Below the pieces are notes generated by a model that was given only the letters and a program-made list of their open reading frames with translations, had not been told where the DNA came from and made no database searches. 64,000 nucleotides of DNA, from positions 3,612 through 67,611 of the forward strand of contig JAHWKL010000001.1 of NCBI GenBank assembly GCA_019347915.1, given 5' to 3'. Of this stretch, positions 19,284 through 26,556 are shown in pieces. The position numbers and the translations under genes were made by a program. This DNA comes from Actinomycetota bacterium (GTDB lineage: Bacteria; Actinomycetota; Acidimicrobiia; Acidimicrobiales; CADCSY01). Every line of letters begins with the position of its first letter. Position 1 is the first letter of the stretch.

Positions 19284-19313
19284 TTGACAATGTAGCACGA
19301 CCGGTCGTACTCT
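19284..19313 (+). promoter_or_regulatory. candidate promoter (TTGACA-18 nt-TACTCT) overlapping a 12-bp perfect palindrome ACGACCGGTCGT (19297-19308), a likely TetR operator
   Basis: Located in the 61-bp divergent interval between the TetR and GNAT genes. Palindrome read directly. Confidence 0.4.
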
Positions 19314-19342
19314 GGCGCCCATCGGGAGAAGGAGGTAGGCCA

Positions 19343-19945
19343 ATGAGCGCCCCGTTGGTGAGCCCGACGGCGGTACAGGTCCGCAAGGCGACCCGGGACG
19401 ACGTCCCGGAGCTTTCCCAGATCCTGGCGTCGGCCTTTTTCGACGACCCGGTCTCCGTCTGGTCGATACCTGACCCTCGCCGGCGGGCCGAGATCCTGCC
19501 CGGGGCCTTCGAGGCGATCGCCGCGGCGGACCTCGCCCATGATGAGGTATACACCACGGACGACGTCGTCGCCGGAGCGGTCTGGGAACCGCCGGGGGCG
19601 GAGGGCGACGCCGAGCAGATGGCGACTGTGCTCGGAGAGGTTGCTGGTGAGTACGCGCCCAGACTGTTCGAGCTGTTCGAGCTTCTCGGGCAGACTCACC
19701 CCCAGCAGCCGCACTACTACCTGTTCCTGCTCGCCACCAGACCCGAATTGCAGTGCCGGGGAATCGGCTCAGCATTGATGCGATCGGTGCTCGAGACATG
19801 TGATCGAGACCAGATCCCCGCCTACCTCGAGGCCACGAACGAGCGCAATAAGGCCCTATACCTGCGACACGGCTTCGAAGTCACGCGAGAGATCCGGCTT
19901 CCCGACGGGCCGAGTTTGTGGCCGATGTGGCGACGGCCAAGATAG
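19343..19945 (+). CDS. GNAT family N-acetyltransferase
   Basis: ATG follows GGAGAAGGAGG. Acetyl-CoA motif LLATRPELQCRGIGSALM and C-terminal YLRHGFEV. Confidence 0.85.
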   Translation: MSAPLVSPTAVQVRKATRDDVPELSQILASAFFDDPVSVWSIPDPRRRAEILPGAFEAIAAADLAHDEVYTTDDVVAGAVWEPPGAEGDAEQMATVLGEVAGEYAPRLFELFELLGQTHPQQPHYYLFLLATRPELQCRGIGSALMRSVLETCDRDQIPAYLEATNERNKALYLRHGFEVTREIRLPDGPSLWPMWRRPR

Positions 19946-20192
19946 GACGAAGCCCCTCAGCCGATGCACGGTGAGGCGTGACGACCGAAGCACCGCGACG
20001 CTCCGGAATGCTGTCGCCACGGGGCATCACCGGACGGCCGCGCCGTGGCGAGGGAGCACCATCGCCGCATACGCTCTGCCAATTCGCCTGACCAATCGCC
20101 GATACTCGACGTTTGTGTGGCGAACGCGACCGGTATGGCATTGGACCCGGCGGTATGGGCGAGCGCCCGCGCTAGAATCGGGCCGGGGTTAT

Positions 20193-20225
20193 GGGGCGCG
20201 TAGGTACGTGCCGTTACCGGGTGCC
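20193..20225 (+). repeat. short partial copy (F) of the repeat-family 3' module
   Basis: GGGGCGCGTAGGTACGTGCCGTTACCGGGTGCC shares GCGCG.AGGTACGTG.CG and GTTACCGGG with B1. Confidence 0.3.
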
Positions 20226-20340
20226 CCGTCTTTTCGTTCCAAGCGCCGAGTCGTACGCCATGCGTATCCTCAATCGTCAGAGCCGCGTTGGCTCGAATCA
20301 GCGGTCAGGTCAGAACGCGCCGATAGAGCGACTCTGGCTC

Positions 20341-21627
20341 CTATTGGCCAATGCCTGGCGTCACGCTCCGTATGGCTACGAGCAATGCGCCCGCGCTCCA
20401 CGCTTGGAACGGCGTGCCCTGCGGCGAGCCATCACGCCCGTCCAACCACTCGTGAAAGCCCCAGTGATCGCCGTCCCTTGCCTGGCGGTTTGCGTCGATG
20501 AGCCTAACCAGCTGTCGCTTCGCGTCAACTAGAAGCCCAGCTCGAGCGAGGGCCGCGACCAAGAATCCACCAATCATCGGCCACACACCCGCGTTGTGGT
20601 AACGGTAAGGGGCGTTGTGCCAACGAGGGTCCTGGAATACCTCTGCTCCGCGATCCCATAGCGAGCGAGCGTCTTCCCCATTGTCGGGTTCTTCCCATGC
20701 ACGACACGGGTAAGGGCTCATCTCCGCCGCACTCGCCAGGCGGGTCGCGATGGTACTGGCTCTTTCGCCCACGGCAACGCCAAACAGAATCGCCAAGCAG
20801 TTCGCGAGGACGTCGAGTCGATCAACGACGTTTCCATAATCGACGTGCGAAAGATAATGCTGGCGCTCTGGATCAACCGCTGCAGCGAGGGCACGGCGCG
20901 TCGTGACGTGAGGGAACCTTCGAACCCTTCTGCCTGAAGGCAGTTCGTGAGCGAGACAACCGTCGACGGCATGCGCACTCTCAGGCCAGAAGATCGAGTT
21001 GATGCGTTCAACCACGGTGGTCGGGCGTACTGGGCCGAGATCGCCTCCAAGATGCTCTAGTGCACTAAGTGCTTCTGCGTAGAGCACATTTACATAGAAC
21101 ACCTTTCCTCGCCGGTTGAGCGTCGAGTCCATCCACTCGGCCCCAGATGGGGAGTCGATCAAGCCCCAGTTGCTTGCGTCCTGATGGGAAAGCCACGACA
21201 GAGCGCGTTCGGCATGCGGCAGGAGCTCTCCGACGACAGTATCGTCGTGCGTAACGTCCCAGTAATTTCGGAGTGCGATTACGAAGAGAGCAGACGAGTC
21301 AGTAGAACCGTTTTCTCCCCAGTCCCAATGAGATCGGGCCGGCCATACAGTGTTCGGTATCTGACCAAAACGGCCCTGGTGGCGCGCAAGAGTTCGCAGT
21401 GACTCAGCGGCTGCCTGCGTCAGAGACAGATCACGAGCAAGGAGGGCGCCCCAAGAGCTATAGACCGCGTCGCGAGCCCAGACGCCCCCGTAGTGCGAGT
21501 CCCCGCTTGCGGCCGCGAATCCGAACGGCGAAGCGCAGGAGTGCAGCAACGTGCACGCTTGGTCGTAGGCGTCCCTGGTGACCGCATCCAATCGCTGCAC
21601 CTTCATCAGCCTATATCTGTTCAACAA
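20341..21627 (-). CDS. (alpha/alpha)6-barrel glycoside hydrolase (GH100 invertase / glycogen-debranching GDB1-like)
   Basis: PFGFAAASGDSHYGGVWARDAVYSSWGAL, GQIPNTV and C-terminal GFHEWLDGRDGSPQGTPFQAWSAGALL. Lower GC than flanks. Confidence 0.7.
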   Translation of the reverse strand: MLNRYRLMKVQRLDAVTRDAYDQACTLLHSCASPFGFAAASGDSHYGGVWARDAVYSSWGALLARDLSLTQAAAESLRTLARHQGRFGQIPNTVWPARSHWDWGENGSTDSSALFVIALRNYWDVTHDDTVVGELLPHAERALSWLSHQDASNWGLIDSPSGAEWMDSTLNRRGKVFYVNVLYAEALSALEHLGGDLGPVRPTTVVERINSIFWPESAHAVDGCLAHELPSGRRVRRFPHVTTRRALAAAVDPERQHYLSHVDYGNVVDRLDVLANCLAILFGVAVGERASTIATRLASAAEMSPYPCRAWEEPDNGEDARSLWDRGAEVFQDPRWHNAPYRYHNAGVWPMIGGFLVAALARAGLLVDAKRQLVRLIDANRQARDGDHWGFHEWLDGRDGSPQGTPFQAWSAGALLVAIRSVTPGIGQ

Positions 21628-21840
21628 GGACGTTGTCGCCTGCGAACGAGCGGCGAAAGTGCCCCGTTGTCGGAGAGCCGTTCACGGTTACCCCCGCACC
21701 GTGATGTCGTGCACTCCCGAGACCACGGCCGCTCGGATGCCCTTCCACCCCAACTCCGATGGGATGTGGACTTGCGGAGGTCGTGTCTGAGAGACCTTAA
21801 TACTCGTGTCCCTCCACGACGTACTGAGTGAGGTTGACGC

Positions 21841-23013
21841 GTGATCGAGGATGTCCGCTCAGCGTGCCGTTCTGTCTTGAATGCGGCGTGGGTGCCACAC
21901 ATGGGATATTGCGTCCCGAACCCGCGTACCTATCCCCATCTCTGGCTTTGGGATTCATGCTTTCATAGTCTGGCTTGGATGGGTCAGCGGGATCCAAGGT
22001 GTTTGCAGGAACTGAGTGCCATCTTTGTCGCTCAGACCGACTCAGGATTTGTTCCACATATGCGCTACCTTGGTCGTCCGACGTATCGGCGCGGGCCTCG
22101 CCGAGACGCGTCGTCGCTAACGCAGCCGCCGGTCTATGGGCTCGTGATAGAGCGTCTCACGGACGCCGGCTGGGAAGTACCGAAGACTGTTACGGACGCA
22201 GCGCTAAGAGCGATCAGCTACTTATGGCTACGTCGACGCACAGGCGAAGGCTTGCTGGCCCTCTACCACCCTTGGGAGTCGGGAGCCGACGACTCGCCTC
22301 GCTGGGACTCCTGGGTGGGGACCTCAACTTGGAGCCGGTGGCGATTCGCACTTAGCGATCGCTATCTCCTGTATCGGATGGTCTTCGATTCGGAAGAAGC
22401 GGCCTGTGGGTCACGATCGTTTGTTTCGTGCCCTGCAGCGTTCAACGCTATCGCCGGATATACAGCTGGATCGCTTGGCCGTGTCACTGGTGACCCCGTA
22501 GCCACGCGCATCGCAGATCAACTAGGTGAAAGCATCGATGCCGTTCTCTGGAATGAAGATGAGCGACTGTGGGACGACTTGCCTAAAGTCGGCCGCGGGG
22601 AGTCGCAGTCCGCCCCGACACTGGACGGTGTTCTGGGTGCTTTGATCACACGGGATTCTCGGAAGGCGATGAGGGCACTAGATCAGGTTGTAGATCCTGA
22701 TCGTTTTGGTGCTCCATATGGTGTTCGGTACCTTCCGCGAGGGCATCAGTTGTACGAGCCGGACTTGTATTGGAGAGGCCCGGCATGGCCGCAAATGAAT
22801 TATCTATTGTGGCTTGCTGCCTATAGATGGAATCGGGATGACGTTATCGAGGCGGTTCAAGACGCGAGCTGGCGGTCGGCGGCTTCCTCCTCTCTGGCGG
22901 AATACTGGAATCCGGAAACGGGGAATGGCCGAGGCGCGATCCCGCAGACATGGGCTACCTTGGTTACTGCTGTAGCACAGGACTTCGCACCTCCCAGCGA
23001 ATTCTCGCCTTGA
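21841..23013 (+). CDS. GH63-like hydrolase (glucosyl-/mannosylglycerate hydrolase or trehalase-like)
   Basis: YPHLWLWDSCFHSL, LTQPPVYG, HPWESGADDSPRWD, YWRGPAWPQMNYLL, EYWNPETG. Confidence 0.7.
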   Translation: MIEDVRSACRSVLNAAWVPHMGYCVPNPRTYPHLWLWDSCFHSLAWMGQRDPRCLQELSAIFVAQTDSGFVPHMRYLGRPTYRRGPRRDASSLTQPPVYGLVIERLTDAGWEVPKTVTDAALRAISYLWLRRRTGEGLLALYHPWESGADDSPRWDSWVGTSTWSRWRFALSDRYLLYRMVFDSEEAACGSRSFVSCPAAFNAIAGYTAGSLGRVTGDPVATRIADQLGESIDAVLWNEDERLWDDLPKVGRGESQSAPTLDGVLGALITRDSRKAMRALDQVVDPDRFGAPYGVRYLPRGHQLYEPDLYWRGPAWPQMNYLLWLAAYRWNRDDVIEAVQDASWRSAASSSLAEYWNPETGNGRGAIPQTWATLVTAVAQDFAPPSEFSP

Positions 23014-23169
23014 CCTCCGGGTCGTGTCCTGTCGGGATTTGGAAGAAGCGAGGGGCCTCTTTCGTGCGGGTGGCTGAAGACTGAAGTAGTCGTTGCCGTT
23101 ACCCGGGATCTCCGGGACCGGCGCGGCCGCCAGTGGCCCGACCGCCGGTTGCACCGCACCGGCACGGCC

Positions 23170-23347
23170 GCCCGGGAACCGGCGGAGCCGGGCGCTTGCA
23201 AGGCCCAATAACGCCGGTCGACCATCCTGCTGCAGGGCCCACTGTCAGCCCCATCTGCTGTCGGTGGCACGTCTTACCGCCGGTCCATGCGAGCAGTGGC
23301 AAAAGGCCCTTGGCGCACCTCGAAGGTCATGGGGATGAGTTGCTGGA
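23170..23347 (+). repeat. dispersed repeat, copy C1 (preceded at 23098-23165 by further short family fragments)
   Basis: About 80% identical by eye to 32968-33141. Shares the 5' module (G)CCCGG.AACCGGCGG with A1/A2, then a C-specific block ...GTCGACCATCCTGCTGCA.GGCCCACTGTCAGCCC.ATCTGCTGTCGG...TCGAAGGTCATGGG.ATGAG.TGCTGGA. Confidence 0.6.
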
Positions 23348-23528
23348 AAATCGGGGAGCACTGAGGGTGTCCCGTGCCCATCGTGTGCCCGTCCCGTGTT
23401 GGTCCCCGCCCGACCTGGGCTTTTGTGCCCTTCTTCTGACACTCGATCAGGAGGACCGTCGCTGAAGTAGGCGATGTTCCTCGCCACGGGCAACGAGGCG
23501 GAGACAGCCTTCGAGCCACGGCGGTGTC

Positions 23529-23575
23529 GCGGTCTCCAAAACCGACGACCGGAGGTTCGACTCCTTCCGAGCCTG
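23529..23575 (+). pseudogene. tRNA-Trp-like 3' two-thirds (anticodon arm, variable loop, T arm, 3' acceptor strand); no convincing 5' acceptor/D arm
   Basis: cggt-CUCCAAA-accg anticodon arm (CCA), 5-nt variable loop, T arm ggagg-TTCGACT-ccttc, then cgagcct-g. The complementary 5' strand was not found upstream. Confidence 0.35.
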
Positions 23576-23666
23576 CTTCCACGCTCCCGGCAAACAGTCG
23601 GGACGCCAGCACCTTGACAACAGCAGAGACATCGTCGTCGAGGCCAGCGCCACCTGGCTTCGACAT

Positions 23667-23746
23667 GGGTCGGTCGCGCCATGGGGCGCAGCTGGCTGTA
23701 GACCAGCCGTCTTCCGACACAGGGGGTTCGATTCCCTCCCGGCCCA
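23667..23746 (+). tRNA. tRNA-Tyr(GUA)-like, class II, non-canonical D arm and G37
   Basis: Hand fold: acceptor gggtcgg/ccggccc, U8, D stem gcg/cgc with an 8-nt loop containing GG, anticodon arm gctgg-CUGUAGA-ccagc, 14-nt variable arm with gtc/gac stem, T arm ggggg-TTCGATT-ccctc, discriminator A. No encoded CCA. Confidence 0.5.
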
Positions 23747-23750
23747 CCGC

Positions 23751-23827
23751 GCGCGTCACGCCTGACAGGTAGGGCACCGGGCTCTTACCCCGGACAAGAC
23801 TGGGTTCGAGTCCCAGGGCGCGCACCA
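23751..23827 (+). tRNA. tRNA-Lys(CUU)-like with encoded CCA, A8 instead of U8 and C38
   Basis: Hand fold: acceptor gcgcgtc/ggcgcgc, D stem gcct/gggc with loop gacaggta, anticodon arm ccggg-CUCUUAC-cccgg, 6-nt variable loop, T arm ctggg-TTCGAGT-cccag, then A-CCA. Confidence 0.55.
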
Positions 23828-23828
23828 C

Positions 23829-23916
23829 GCCGCCGTAGCTCAGCCGGCCAGTCCGGTGGCGAGGATGTGAAGCACGCCACGCTCGTGATGCCGGTTCGAC
23901 TCCGCCGGCCACACCA
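23829..23916 (+). pseudogene. degenerate tRNA-Thr(CGU)-like element
   Basis: Canonical start gccgccg-ta-gctc, then about 30 nt inserted in the D region (hairpin gccgg/ccggt). It has a CUCGUGA loop but lacks the 3' anticodon-stem strand. T arm gccgg-TTCGACT-ccgcc has one mismatch. Ends ...cacacca. Confidence 0.35.
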
Positions 23917-23945
23917 CCAACCAACACGACGAGGAGGGGGATCAC

Positions 23946-25106
23946 ATGCCCACCAACATCAACGACAAGCTGATCTCCTGGGCGTCGGATATCGACGACC
24001 AGACGATCCGCCAAGCCGAGAAGGCAGCGCGGCTGCCGATCGTCGAGGGCCATGTCGCCCTCATGCCCGACGCTCACGTCGGCATCGGTGCCACCGTGGG
24101 CTCGGTGATCCCCACGAAGAACGCGGTGATCCCGTCGGCGGTCGGCGTGGACATCGGTTGCGGGATGATCGCGGCCGAGCTCGATGTGACCGAGGACCAG
24201 CTGCCGGATGCGCTCGAGCCACTGCTCGGCCGTATCGAGAAGGCCATCCCGGCCGGCGTGGGCCAGGGTCATGACCGGGTGGCCCGCAACGCCGACCGGT
24301 GGCTGGCACAGCACAAGCCGGCGACCGAGCTGGCCGCCGACCGCACGGCAAAGGTGCTCAAGCAGTTCGGCACGCTCGGTTCGGGCAACCACTTCTTCGA
24401 GCTGTGCGTGGACGAGCGCCGGCAGGTGTGGGTGGTGCTGCACTCGGGGTCGCGCGGCATCGGCAACCAGCTCGCGCAGGCGCACATCGCCAAGGCGCGC
24501 AAGCTGGCCAAGGATCTCGAGCTGCGGCTCGAGGACCCGGACCTCGCGTACTTCCTGGAGGGCACGCCGGAGTTCGCCGCCTACATCGGCGACATGCTGT
24601 GGGCCCAGGACTACGCGCTGGCCAACCGCGAGCAGATGATGGACAACGCCATGCGCGAGGTGTTCGCGTTCTTCGGCTTCGGCCGGGAGACGCGGCGCAT
24701 CAACTGCCACCACAACTTCACCCAGCGCGAGGTACACAACGGTAACGAGCTGTGGATCACCCGCAAGGGTGCGATCAAGGCCGCGGTCGGCGACCTCGGC
24801 GTCATCCCCGGCTCGATGGGCACGCGCAGCTACATCGTGGCGGGCAAGGGCAACGAGGCGAGCTGGACGTCGTGCTCGCACGGCGCCGGCCGTCGTCACA
24901 GCCGCACCAAGGCCAAGAAGCTCTTCACCACCGCCGACCTCGCCCAGCAGATGCAGGGCAAGGTGTGGCTCGCCGACCGGGCCGGCGCGCTGGTGGACGA
25001 GATCCCCTCGGCCTACAAGGACATCGATCAGGTCATGGCCGACCAGCTCGATCTCGTCGAGGTCCTGCACACGCTGCACCAGGTCCTCAACTACAAGGGC
25101 ACCTGA
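23946..25106 (+). CDS. rtcB: RNA 3'-phosphate/2',3'-cyclic phosphate ligase RtcB
   Basis: VALMPDAHVGIGATVGSVIPT, VGVDIGCGM, GSGNHFFEL, HSGSRGIGNQ, PGSMGTRSYIV, CSHGAGR. GAGGAGGGGG RBS 5 nt upstream. Confidence 0.95.
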   Translation: MPTNINDKLISWASDIDDQTIRQAEKAARLPIVEGHVALMPDAHVGIGATVGSVIPTKNAVIPSAVGVDIGCGMIAAELDVTEDQLPDALEPLLGRIEKAIPAGVGQGHDRVARNADRWLAQHKPATELAADRTAKVLKQFGTLGSGNHFFELCVDERRQVWVVLHSGSRGIGNQLAQAHIAKARKLAKDLELRLEDPDLAYFLEGTPEFAAYIGDMLWAQDYALANREQMMDNAMREVFAFFGFGRETRRINCHHNFTQREVHNGNELWITRKGAIKAAVGDLGVIPGSMGTRSYIVAGKGNEASWTSCSHGAGRRHSRTKAKKLFTTADLAQQMQGKVWLADRAGALVDEIPSAYKDIDQVMADQLDLVEVLHTLHQVLNYKGT

Positions 25107-25121
25107 GGCAGCAATGAGGAT

Positions 25122-25151
25122 GGCCCCGTCCGGACCGAGCCGGGCGGGGCC
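25122..25151. terminator. 12-bp GC-rich hairpin between convergent rtcB and 25194..25616 (no U-tract)
   Basis: ggccccgtccgg-accgag-ccgggcggggcc. All 12 pairs are Watson-Crick or G-U. Confidence 0.45.
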
Positions 25152-25193
25152 ACTCGTGTAGGCGTGAGGCGCAGAGGCGCGGCAGCGGGCCGT

Positions 25194-25616
25194 CTACCGG
25201 CCGGCCCCGGCGAGGGCCTCCTCGGGACCAAGCCCGATCCATCGCAGCCGGTTGTACATCTCCAGCGCCGCCGGGTCCTCGACTGCGTTCGGTGGAAGGG
25301 GGACGAACACCACGGGCATTGCCGGGTCGTGGCCCAGCGGGAATGTGCTCTCCGACGGCCTCGCCCCAACGTAGATGCAGACCCGGTCTGGGCCTGCGAT
25401 CTCGACCATCTCGCTCAAGGCGAGCAGTCCCTCTCCGGTAGGCGTCTCCGACGCGGCCACGAAGACGTCGAGGCCGGACACCGACGGGTTCTCCTGGGAC
25501 TGCTCACCAAGAAGCTGCGTGAACAGCTCCCGGGTGACGACCACACCCGAAGCGGGACCGCCGTGCATCCGTTCGGCGCCTTTGACCCAGGTTTCGAGGA
25601 TCTCGGTAAGGGTCAT
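25194..25616 (-). CDS. hypothetical protein (140 aa)
   Basis: Internal ATG 25616 (MTLTEILETWVKGAERMHGG...). The composition is normal, unlike the Arg-rich upstream extension. No family recognised. Confidence 0.55.
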   Translation of the reverse strand: MTLTEILETWVKGAERMHGGPASGVVVTRELFTQLLGEQSQENPSVSGLDVFVAASETPTGEGLLALSEMVEIAGPDRVCIYVGARPSESTFPLGHDPAMPVVFVPLPPNAVEDPAALEMYNRLRWIGLGPEEALAGAGR

Positions 25617-25801
25617 GCCGCCGTTTGCTCGAGAGGACTGATTGCTGGCCACCTTCCCTCCCGGCGGCACTCGGGACCACGCCGGACTCCAGTTGCCTCC
25701 CCTGACCGTACGCAAGTGGGAGCGCTGTCCGGTGTGGCGCTGGACTGCCCTCAATGGTCAATCATCGTTCCAAGCCGGGACCAGCAACAGTCGCTCATCA
25801 C

Positions 25802-26187
25802 CTATCCACGATGAGCGGCTTCATACTCGGCCACGATGTGCTGCGGGATGCGACCCCGGTTCCCGAGCTCGGGATAGCCGTTGGCCCTGGCCCACTCACG
25901 AATTGCCCTCAGCCGCTCGCGGTCGGAGGTGGGGCCGCGCTCGGCCTTGGCGCTGACGGAGTGGCACGGCGGGAGCGACGCCCGGCGCCCGTCCGAGTGC
26001 GCTCGCTCGACCACCCGATCATGGTCTGGACGGTGGCATGGAAGTTCTCGGCGTGAGGGGGGCAAAGGTCGAGGGCGTAGCTGTAGCCGTCGTAGGTGAA
26101 GCCGACGCTCTCCTTCACCTCGATATCTTCGCCGGTTTCTGCCCTGCACTGGTCGCAGGTCAGCAGCGTCACCGTCGTCTTGGCCAC
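25802..26187 (-). pseudogene. lsr2: Lsr2-like nucleoid-associated protein, frameshifted around 25950-25975
   Basis: N-terminal domain from GTG 26187 (RBS GAAAGAGGA): VAKTTVTLLTCDQCRAETGEDIEVKESVGFTYDGYSYALDLCPPHAENF. The C-terminal DNA-binding domain lies in another frame (ORF 25802..26149): SAKAERGPTSDRERLRAIREWARANGYPELGNRGRIPQHIVAEYEAAH. Total length of 386 nt is not a multiple of 3. Confidence 0.65.
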
Positions 26188-26556
26188 AGCATCCTCTTTC
26201 TCACGGGTCCTGGAACGGAAACGGTAGACGGTAGTGCTTGCGCGGGCAACATCGACCGTAGTACCCGGCATGGCATCGCTGGAGGACAGTCGCCTCCTTC
26301 GGGCGTAGGGACACCGCCTTGCAGGTTGATAAGCCTCGATCCACCGAACAACCACGGGTGCAGTAGCCGGTCCCGCCCTCGGCGTCACGGATGTCGTCAG
26401 CATCCGCGGACCGTGGGCTTGACTGACTTCGGCAACGCGTTCAAGAGCAATCGGCTGTTCTGAGCGATCCCCAGACTGTGACGACGACCTTACCCTGGGC
26501 GTGGCCACCGCCCGGCCTCCAGGTGCCCCATTGATGAGTGAGCGAGGCGTCACCGC

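Noticed and set aside
23507-23573. Direct repeat CCTTCGAGCC / CCTTCCGAGCC flanking the Trp-like element as an att-site duplication
   Set aside because: It is only about 10 nt with an indel. The upstream copy is not preceded by a T-arm. This is too short to distinguish from chance in 70% GC DNA, so it is mentioned only as a possibility.
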